A stretch of DNA of 64,000 bases, taken from the IMG/VR virus record IMGVR_UViG_2974548309_000001, positions 1-64,000 of that record; one strand, written 5' to 3'. The translations under genes and the position numbers were made by a program. The DNA is from a virus. Under the pieces are notes generated by a model. The model made no database searches. It was not told the DNA's origin and saw only the letters and a program-made list of their open reading frames with translations. Positions 57,307-64,000 of this stretch are shown piece by piece (within the stretch, counting starts at the first letter, position 1; each line of letters starts with the position of its first letter).

Positions 57307-57794
57307 GTAGAACCATGTCACAGAACGGACTGAGGTTTACAGCAGCTTGGGAACAACTCAGAACCAAAGCCTATAGAGCTACCTCTAAGGAGAAGTACCT
57401 AACCATTGGTTATGGTCACTATGGTTCGGATGTTAAACCAGGAGATACAATCACTGCTGATGGTGCCTTAGTCTTACTTAATAAAGATATGGATGAAGCT
57501 GTTCAGTTAGCTGACTCCATTGCCAGTAAGAAATTTAACCAGTCTCAGTTTGATGCTATCTGTGACCTTATCTTTAATGTTGGACCTAAAGCTGTGGCAG
57601 CAGGCACAGGAACAGGTAAAGCAGTTAGAGAAGGTGATATAGCAACTCTCAGAACCAAACTTCCTCAATTCAGAAATCAAGGTGGAGTACCTACTCTCGG
57701 TGTATACCGTAGAGCTATAGGTCGTCTTGCTCTGTTTGATGGTAAGACTTGGTCTGAAGCTGAGTCCATTGGTCGAGCAGTCAAATCATTGTGA
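57303..57794 (+). CDS. Endolysin, T4-lysozyme-like (GH24)
   Basis: 'AWEQLRTKAYRATSKEKYLTIGYGH' parallels T4 E '[21 protein letters not shown]', including the catalytic Glu and the downstream Asp/Thr. Confidence 0.8.
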   Translation: MSRTMSQNGLRFTAAWEQLRTKAYRATSKEKYLTIGYGHYGSDVKPGDTITADGALVLLNKDMDEAVQLADSIASKKFNQSQFDAICDLIFNVGPKAVAAGTGTGKAVREGDIATLRTKLPQFRNQGGVPTLGVYRRAIGRLALFDGKTWSEAESIGRAVKSL

Positions 57795-57802
57795 GGTAAT
57801 AC

Positions 57803-58351
57803 ATGATTGATAAAACCAAGTTAATTAAGCTTGGTTTAATTGCTCTAGCTCTCATCTTGGTGGGAGCTTTTTTATCTTGGTATATAACCAGTAACCATTA
57901 TGAGACTGCACTTGCTACACAGAAGTCTTCATACGATGGGAAACTGAAATCTATATCAGATGAAGCAGCATTTAAACTAGGTAACGAAGTAGACCGTAAC
58001 AACAAACTCCAGAAAGACTTAGCTGATTTAGACGCTAAGAAATATCAGGAACTCCAACATGAAAAAGATGCTAACGATAAGCTCACTGCTGATGTTGCTT
58101 CTGGTAAGCGTAGGGTGCTCTTCGCAGAAGCCAGTCTTGCAACCTGTAAGCTCTCCAGAAGTACAGGAGCAAAGGCCAGCAGCATGGTCGATGGAACCTC
58201 ACTCGAACTCTCTGCAACTGCTGGACGAAACATTCTCGGTATCCGAAGAGGAATAATCGAAGACCAAGCTAAATTAGATTACCTACAAGACTACATACGT
58301 AAGGTAGAGGAATCTAAGAATGCCAGAATTAATACCCAGACAAAGAAGTAA
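57803..58351 (+). CDS. i-spanin (Rz-like; N-terminal TM + coiled-coil periplasmic domain)
   Basis: TM helix 'LIKLGLIALALILVGAF', then a coiled coil, following the endolysin. Confidence 0.65.
   Translation: MIDKTKLIKLGLIALALILVGAFLSWYITSNHYETALATQKSSYDGKLKSISDEAAFKLGNEVDRNNKLQKDLADLDAKKYQELQHEKDANDKLTADVASGKRRVLFAEASLATCKLSRSTGAKASSMVDGTSLELSATAGRNILGIRRGIIEDQAKLDYLQDYIRKVEESKNARINTQTKK
58059..58256 (+). CDS. o-spanin (Rz1-like lipoprotein) embedded in the +1 frame of the i-spanin gene
   Basis: Lipobox 'LLVSVGC' and a Pro-rich mature region, wholly inside 57803..58351. Confidence 0.65.
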   Translation: MKKMLTISSLLMLLLVSVGCSSQKPVLQPVSSPEVQEQRPAAWSMEPHSNSLQLLDETFSVSEEE

Positions 58352-58437
58352 CTCCCTTCGGGAGTGAGCAGTGGTACTTCCCTATATCCGTATAACGTTC
58401 TCTAAGGTCCTACGGGGCCTTTTTTATTGGAGTTAAT

Positions 58438-58632
58438 ATGAATGCTCAACTAGTAGAGATTCAATGCCGTCTAGGTGCCTTACAGGCTGAATTAGAAGCC
58501 ATGAAGATAGCTAACCTAAGACGACTCTCAGATAACTACTCAGAAGCCTATGACGAAGAAGCATTCTTCTATGTGGCTTCCCAGATGGAAGCTTTAGCTC
58601 AACGAGCTGTGGAGATTAGCCATGAGGGTTAA
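58438..58632 (+). CDS. Hypothetical protein (64 aa)
   Basis: Intact ORF. Confidence 0.4.
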   Translation: MNAQLVEIQCRLGALQAELEAMKIANLRRLSDNYSEAYDEEAFFYVASQMEALAQRAVEISHEG

Positions 58633-58939
58633 AACTTATCTTCGAAGGGAACGTAATGGTGAACTCCCTAAACAGGAATTCAAAGATGATACAGGTGTAT
58701 ATGAGTATCCAGATGCACTACTGACTCTGTACATTAACGTTCTATTTAACAATTCGAATACAGCGTTACGTCGAGGTATCGATGAGATGCTTAAAAGAAT
58801 TGAATCACCAAGAGTCCGTCACATACTGATTATCATTAAAAGAGCACCAATACCCATTGGTAAGTTAAATTTCTTTTACTCAGCATTGGAACAAGACCTT
58901 GGTGAGATTAAAGAGCTATCAAATAAAAACTCCTCCTAA
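58622..58939 (+). CDS. Hypothetical protein (105 aa)
   Basis: Intact ORF. Confidence 0.4.
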   Translation: MRVKTYLRRERNGELPKQEFKDDTGVYEYPDALLTLYINVLFNNSNTALRRGIDEMLKRIESPRVRHILIIIKRAPIPIGKLNFFYSALEQDLGEIKELSNKNSS

Positions 58940-59199
58940 TGCTGGCTTGTGGAAGCCGCACGGTAAACACTGCTTTTCTGGTCATAGCCCCGGCTCCGCA
59001 TACGAAAAAGCTCTTTTCGGAGCTTAATCATAACATCCTTTTCAAATCGGGACGCAGTAACCGTAGTCCACTTCATCTGCAATCGGGTCTACGGGGAAAG
59101 AAAGTTCCGACGGAACCATATCTAACATTGGTTTTATAAGAGAGAGGACATACATATCAGCATACAGAAGAGGAAATAGAATAGTAGTCTAGTGACAAA

Positions 59200-59226
59200 A
59201 GCGCCAGACTTGGCGCTTTCTTTTAA
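59200..59226. terminator. Terminator agcgcca-gact-tggcgct + ttcttttaa
   Basis: Perfect 7-bp stem in the convergent intergenic region. Confidence 0.55.
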
Positions 59227-59247
59227 TATGAATCATAGATGTGAAAA

Positions 59248-59270
59248 GGGGCCGAATGGCCCCTTTTTTA
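59248..59270. terminator. Bidirectional terminator ggggcc-gaat-ggcccc flanked by A4 and T7
   Basis: Perfect GC stem with U-runs on both strands. It would terminate both the lysis cassette and the leftward tail operon. Confidence 0.65.
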
Positions 59271-59425
59271 TTCTGTTGTCTTGATATGCCTGATATGTCA
59301 TATCTCAACAAAGTGGATGTTGTTTTAGGAAACTCCGGCTGTTTCGGCCTGCGCTAACCGTTGCAAGCCGTAGTTGGTGTGAATTGTTGCGTATACCATT
59401 AATTCGGCCTCTTATTTTTCAGTAA

Positions 59426-62302
59426 TTACCAAGTAGATACTGCCGCTCTAACCCAGGTATTTGTTGCAACACACACATAAAGATATGTGGAAGATATTGC
59501 AATATTTCCAGCAACCCCGGATGCAGTAGCTGAGGCAGGAACATCAACTACACGAGGTAACCTGTACCAACTATTCCATGCTGAAGTATTAGTGTTCCAG
59601 GTTCTTCTGTAGGTATTACCTGTAGTCGATACAAAGTCTTCATATGCCCCGGCACGTAAGTTCTGGTGCCCACCATACAATGCAACAACACCATAAGATT
59701 CTGGCCATGTAGCATCGTTATAAACAGGCGAAGTCATCATAGCATAAGGTGCTATGATAGATGGTGTAGATGAGACTGTGATAAGAGAAACCATGTTATT
59801 GGTTACAGTCTTACCCTGCATCTGCCAATCACCATTAGAGTTATACACCCATGAATCAATAGACTCATTAGGGGAACCCACACACTTAACAACCATGCCC
59901 GGTAACCATGTAATCAAACCATAGTTACTGAATGTACTCGCTGAAGGTTTACCAAAAGTACTGCTCTCATACGTAGTGGCATAGTCTAAAAATTCCCATA
60001 ACCCAGTGTTTGGGGAGACTCGTACCCGGCCTAAATACCGGTCAGTACAGTAAATACCTTTAACACGGGGTAAAGAGTGGAAGTTATTAGATGCACGGAT
60101 TACAGCATCAAAACCATACACATATGGAGCTACCGAACCATTTGCTATGAATAGGTTAGGGAGATAAGACGAACCATCTGATGACCTTCTAGCAGGAACA
60201 CCAGAAAAACTAATCTTAGCTGCCGTATTTGAGTAAGTAACAGCCCAATACAGAATAAGCTGGGCCTGCGCAATAGTATCGCTAGAGGTGCTTGGTGGGT
60301 TATGGGTAACACCATTGATACTAACCTGTGCAATCTGACGGTCCCCAGCACAGTGAATAGCATAGTAAGTATCATCAGCATAGTTACCACGAATGCTAAT
60401 ACTATTGATATCCAGGTTATAAATCGTAGTATACCCAATACCAATGAGAGTCCGGTTATTCCCAGTAGGCCAAAGTTGGATATTGGATAAAACCAAGGAA
60501 TTAATAAGGCAGGTATGTGCATCACCTGTGCTTGCCGCAGTCAGTGAACCAATGCGGATAGAGTTATACAGATGCTGGTTAGTGGATGCACCTGCAACTC
60601 GTACACTGATATCATCAATGATTACACTACCCATGGTATTCCAATAGTCTGTAGCAGGAGCTGAACCCACTGGGTCAGAAGCACCTACTCGAACACCACT
60701 GTACTGGGTATACCCTTTAACATTGCTGATATGTACCTTCTCTACACCAATGCCACCTTGACCGCCAACAACTACACCATTCCACGTATAGACGGTAGTA
60801 TTCGGGTCAATATCACTGGTTTTATGCCAAGGATTAACATTGCGAATAGTTACTGACTTACAGGTTAGGTAATCTAAATTTGTTACCATAGCAGAGTCTG
60901 CTTCAGTACCCCCTTCAACCCAAAGGATACCAGCAAAAACTGCTACCATGTCATCAGTAGTAAAGCCATAAACGTTCTCAATGAGCACGTCTTCTGAGCA
61001 CCCAGTAATACCATCACCACGAGATCCCCCTTGAGGGAACGCCTGCGCAATGTGCGAATTAAACCGCAGATTGCTGGCGTGTAGTTTTTTATTTCCAGCA
61101 TGGTTCATGGAGTGACCACGAAAACTATGGACATACATATTGTCGAGACGAACGTTATTAAACAGGCTAACAATAAATCCGTGTGAAAGGTCTTTGAACG
61201 TACCATTGCTATTCAGAGTCTCATCACCCTGACCGGCCCAGTTGCCGTCAAACTCGCCGCCAAACCATTCAAAATCATGTTTCCGGTCACTGACAAAAAC
61301 CATCATGTTGCAGCGAGCGTTATCAGCGAGTTTAAATACAACGCCTGGTGCGCAAATGACCCGCAGATTTTTAGTGAGCAGGCATTTTAATTTACGTGTG
61401 ATGTGATAGGTGCCTTTCGGGATAAATACAGTCTCATATGTTGATTTGAACGCATCGTATAACGCCTGCGTGTCATCATGTACACCATCACCAGTTGCAC
61501 CAAAGGCTTGTGGCATAGTCCAGCTTATCGCCTGTTGAACTGTTAACCCTTGTTCAAGGCCAATCTGGCTTCCGCCGCTTGGCTGCGCCAAAACCGCCAG
61601 AGTCGACTGTTCGGCAGCGTCATTAATGATTTGCTGAATTTGATCTCTTGCAGCCTCAGCAGCTAACTCTGAATCCTTAGAGTTCATCTCTGAAGTTTTT
61701 GCTGCATTTTCAGATGCAGCAGCCGCAGCAGCGCTGGCAGCAGCTTCTTGAGCTTTTTCTGTAGCTTCCTTCAAAGCTTCATAAGCAAATAAATCAATAT
61801 CTTTAAAAATAATTGGGTCAGTACCAGGAACCAAAGAATACTGAGGACCATCTACTTGCCATACATCGCCTTGAGAAGAAAAAACAAGAGTTCCATCGAC
61901 TACATCTTTTGGACCATCAAAATCTACTGAACGAGTCCATGCATTATTCTGAACATCATAGATGCCATTCTCTACAGGATTAGTTTGACCTAAAACTAAA
62001 ACTCTCATACCTGTAGTTGCGAGTACTGAGTAATCACCTGAATGAGCAGACCAGGTAAGTACCTGATTACCAGATAAAGTAATAGGAGATGCAGCCACTG
62101 CTTGAACAGGAGCTTTAACAGCAATGTTTGTAATCAATCCATACTGAAGTAAGAATTGATAAATCTGGTCCAGATAATCTAAGTTATCTGCAACAGCCTT
62201 AACATTGTCATATGCAGAGTTGATATACTTCTCAATCAATCCTGCACTTGAATTGCAAGAGTTAACTGGAGGTGTAGACATTATACCCATCCTCTTAAGC
62301 AA
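59426..62302 (-). CDS. Tail spike / receptor-binding appendage protein (958 aa) with predicted right-handed β-helix (pectate-lyase-like) domain
   Basis: The N-terminal adaptor-like region is followed by repetitive β-helix-like segments ('NVRLDNMYVHSF...NLRFNSH'). It sits in the tail-gene block. Confidence 0.55.
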   Translation of the reverse strand: MLKRMGIMSTPPVNSCNSSAGLIEKYINSAYDNVKAVADNLDYLDQIYQFLLQYGLITNIAVKAPVQAVAASPITLSGNQVLTWSAHSGDYSVLATTGMRVLVLGQTNPVENGIYDVQNNAWTRSVDFDGPKDVVDGTLVFSSQGDVWQVDGPQYSLVPGTDPIIFKDIDLFAYEALKEATEKAQEAAASAAAAAASENAAKTSEMNSKDSELAAEAARDQIQQIINDAAEQSTLAVLAQPSGGSQIGLEQGLTVQQAISWTMPQAFGATGDGVHDDTQALYDAFKSTYETVFIPKGTYHITRKLKCLLTKNLRVICAPGVVFKLADNARCNMMVFVSDRKHDFEWFGGEFDGNWAGQGDETLNSNGTFKDLSHGFIVSLFNNVRLDNMYVHSFRGHSMNHAGNKKLHASNLRFNSHIAQAFPQGGSRGDGITGCSEDVLIENVYGFTTDDMVAVFAGILWVEGGTEADSAMVTNLDYLTCKSVTIRNVNPWHKTSDIDPNTTVYTWNGVVVGGQGGIGVEKVHISNVKGYTQYSGVRVGASDPVGSAPATDYWNTMGSVIIDDISVRVAGASTNQHLYNSIRIGSLTAASTGDAHTCLINSLVLSNIQLWPTGNNRTLIGIGYTTIYNLDINSISIRGNYADDTYYAIHCAGDRQIAQVSINGVTHNPPSTSSDTIAQAQLILYWAVTYSNTAAKISFSGVPARRSSDGSSYLPNLFIANGSVAPYVYGFDAVIRASNNFHSLPRVKGIYCTDRYLGRVRVSPNTGLWEFLDYATTYESSTFGKPSASTFSNYGLITWLPGMVVKCVGSPNESIDSWVYNSNGDWQMQGKTVTNNMVSLITVSSTPSIIAPYAMMTSPVYNDATWPESYGVVALYGGHQNLRAGAYEDFVSTTGNTYRRTWNTNTSAWNSWYRLPRVVDVPASATASGVAGNIAISSTYLYVCVATNTWVRAAVSTW

Positions 62303-62988
62303 GGTTTCATATTAGTAGAATTGAGACTAGCGTTATCCAAGTCAAGTTCTTCAATCTTAGAACACTCAGCCTCATACTTAACATTCCACTCCACACCCTT
62401 CTGAGTTGCCCCATCACTTGGCAGCATTGAGTAAAAAGCAGCTGCTACGAAATAGCATAATGCTTTTACATGACTTGCCGGTAGAACAACTTCAACAGTA
62501 GTTGGGTCTGTAGTGTCAGTAGGAATCCAATCATGATTAGCCCGATACGTTACAAACAGAGCATTAGTATCAATAGGTCTAATTACTTGAATACAATCAA
62601 AGGATGGTGTGAAGAGTTCGCAACACATTGCATCATTGTTTAATTGTAATTCATGCCCTACTTCATTAGCTACACGTTCAACTCTAATTACATTCTCTTG
62701 GAATGGATAGAATTGACTGTCCTCAATATACTTGTATTTCTCTTGAGAGTCTTGGTTTGTCTGAGCAAATTGTCTTCTCAAGTAGTAATGGGAAATGTGC
62801 TCATACATTTGAATAGTTACTTGTCCTTCTCTCAAAGGAAAGCGGGAATGCAGGTCAGTTAAACCAAGATTAATCTGGGTGATAACTTTAGGGTAATCTT
62901 TTGCTCTGATACCATTACCCGTATTCCCCACATTAAGTTGGTTTAACTCCCCTGTTGATAACATCTGAAAAAGGTCACTCAATTTCAT
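62281..62988 (-). CDS. Virion/tail-associated protein (235 aa)
   Basis: Intact ORF between the terminase and the tailspike. Confidence 0.45.
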   Translation of the reverse strand: MKLSDLFQMLSTGELNQLNVGNTGNGIRAKDYPKVITQINLGLTDLHSRFPLREGQVTIQMYEHISHYYLRRQFAQTNQDSQEKYKYIEDSQFYPFQENVIRVERVANEVGHELQLNNDAMCCELFTPSFDCIQVIRPIDTNALFVTYRANHDWIPTDTTDPTTVEVVLPASHVKALCYFVAAAFYSMLPSDGATQKGVEWNVKYEAECSKIEELDLDNASLNSTNMKPCLRGWV

Positions 62989-63037
62989 AATGTGGTCTCA
63001 GTCAAAGAGTAAACATCCACCACATTATAAACAACAA

Positions 63038-63988
63038 TCAGACGAGATAACTATCTATTCCATTGTCTGGAGAAGGAGTTGGCATATCCCATACACTGTC
63101 TTCTTGGATAGAGCCTCCAGAAGCTTGTGAAGGCTTCCAGACCTTCAGACATGACAACATACTAATCGTATCAATAAAGTCGTCATGCTTTGATTTAAAG
63201 CCCTCCACAGTAGCCAACCGAAGCTCATCCATAGCTTCCAACATAATCTTCTCATCCTTCAGTTCTTCAGGAAAAAAGAACTTACCAGCTTTGAACCAAG
63301 GTAACACTGAGTTAAATCTCACCATCTTATTGGTGTTAGGTCTGATGCCAGGCTTGTTATTGTTTCCGTCAGAAGCAAAGTTAAACCAGATGTTCCTGTT
63401 CATCATCTCATCACGTAACAAGGAGATAAATCCTCCCTGTTGACCAGTGACTTCAATACCTACTGACTGAGGTTGGTACTCCACCACTAATCTAAAGAGG
63501 TCATCAAAGTTCTTATTCATTAATTGACGACGACAGATACCATCAACCCAGAACCAATCACCATTGCTATTGATTGCCCATACAGAAATGACCGAATAGT
63601 CAGCTGATTGTTTCTCACTGGTAGCAAAGTCAGTAGTGATATAGAAGTTGAACATACCTCTGTTCAGTAAAAGAGACTTACGCTTGTACCACTGGATATC
63701 AGATTCCAGTACAAGTCTCTCTTCATCTGAAGTAATCCTCAACATCAGTTCCTGATTGAATGCAGCCACTTGTCCAGTAGCTACAGCAAGGTCATATTGG
63801 CTCTTAACGAAGTCATATGAGAAACGGTCTTCCCAAGCACCTACGAATTCTTCTCTCGAACAAGGGAATTTCTCACAAATGGGGAATACGTTGACGTACC
63901 AACCACCTGATTCCACTGCTTCATAAAGAATATCGTTCTTGTTAAAGGGTGTGCCACTGAAAACAATCTTTCTACGAGTAGGGTCCAA
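63038..63988 (-). CDS. Terminase large subunit, C-terminal nuclease half (5'-truncated by window end)
   Basis: 'FSGTPF' is ATPase motif III. The RNaseH-like nuclease motifs 'DYSVISVWAI...DG' and 'KHDDFIDTISM' are present. The ORF runs off the window edge. Confidence 0.75.
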   Translation of the reverse strand: MDPTRRKIVFSGTPFNKNDILYEAVESGGWYVNVFPICEKFPCSREEFVGAWEDRFSYDFVKSQYDLAVATGQVAAFNQELMLRITSDEERLVLESDIQWYKRKSLLLNRGMFNFYITTDFATSEKQSADYSVISVWAINSNGDWFWVDGICRRQLMNKNFDDLFRLVVEYQPQSVGIEVTGQQGGFISLLRDEMMNRNIWFNFASDGNNNKPGIRPNTNKMVRFNSVLPWFKAGKFFFPEELKDEKIMLEAMDELRLATVEGFKSKHDDFIDTISMLSCLKVWKPSQASGGSIQEDSVWDMPTPSPDNGIDSYLV

Positions 63989-64000
63989 AGCATAATCAAC

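Noticed and set aside
58939-59139. 66-aa ORF and possible tRNA in the convergent intergenic region
   Set aside because: The ORF is low-complexity with no RBS. The 'TTCAAATC' T-loop-like string lacks a compatible T-stem, D-arm and acceptor stem, so no cloverleaf can be drawn.
1-63988. CRISPR arrays, integrase/transposase, attachment sites
   Set aside because: No regularly spaced direct repeats, tyrosine/serine recombinase motifs or IS-like terminal inverted repeats were seen. The genome looks strictly lytic.

Overview
The window covers most of an N4-like (Schitoviridae) podophage genome, from the left terminus to a 5'-truncated large-terminase gene. The sequence listing stops near 63,990 nt, not 64,000. 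The assignment rests on a leftward 3,819-aa giant protein (34439..45898) in the position of the N4 virion RNA polymerase gp50, a two-subunit T7-like RNAP II (6142..7071 and 7506..8744), a rightward early/middle region, and a leftward late block (capsid, portal, tailspike, terminase) interrupted by a rightward lysis cassette (holin, T4-type lysozyme, Rz with embedded Rz1).

Rightward genes, moderate-to-high confidence: macro-domain protein, dUTPase, λ-type Ser/Thr phosphatase, Dda-like SF1 helicase, family-A DNA polymerase (split in two), ThyX, AAA ATPases including a ClpX-like one, MoxR-like ATPase with a vWA/HExxH partner, Sak4-like ATPase, SSB-like protein, RusA-like resolvase, an SPFH lipoprotein and four HNH homing endonucleases.

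Main findings, strongest first:
1. A probable self-splicing group I intron carrying an HNH ORF inside the MoxR-like ATPase gene, with a complete splice-junction and P1/P10 guide-sequence reconstruction.
2. The DNA polymerase split into two ORFs in different frames flanking a free-standing HNH gene.
3. Five 5-7 bp hairpins with a 'ttc' loop, each followed by 'TGGA' and lying upstream of early genes; these are candidate vRNAP hairpin promoters.
4. A second hairpin family, 'TAA-NNGCC-tcc-GGCNN-TT', anchored on the stop codons of middle genes.
5. A seven-member tandem paralog family of small Cys-rich proteins sharing an N-terminal 'MNxELIxIL' motif.
6. A SLOG/DprA-like Rossmann domain embedded in the giant vRNAP, plus a stand-alone SLOG gene.
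7. Three early/middle genes with host-like GC-rich codon usage; one sits between twin hairpin promoters and a strong terminator.

No tRNA, CRISPR array or transposon was found.
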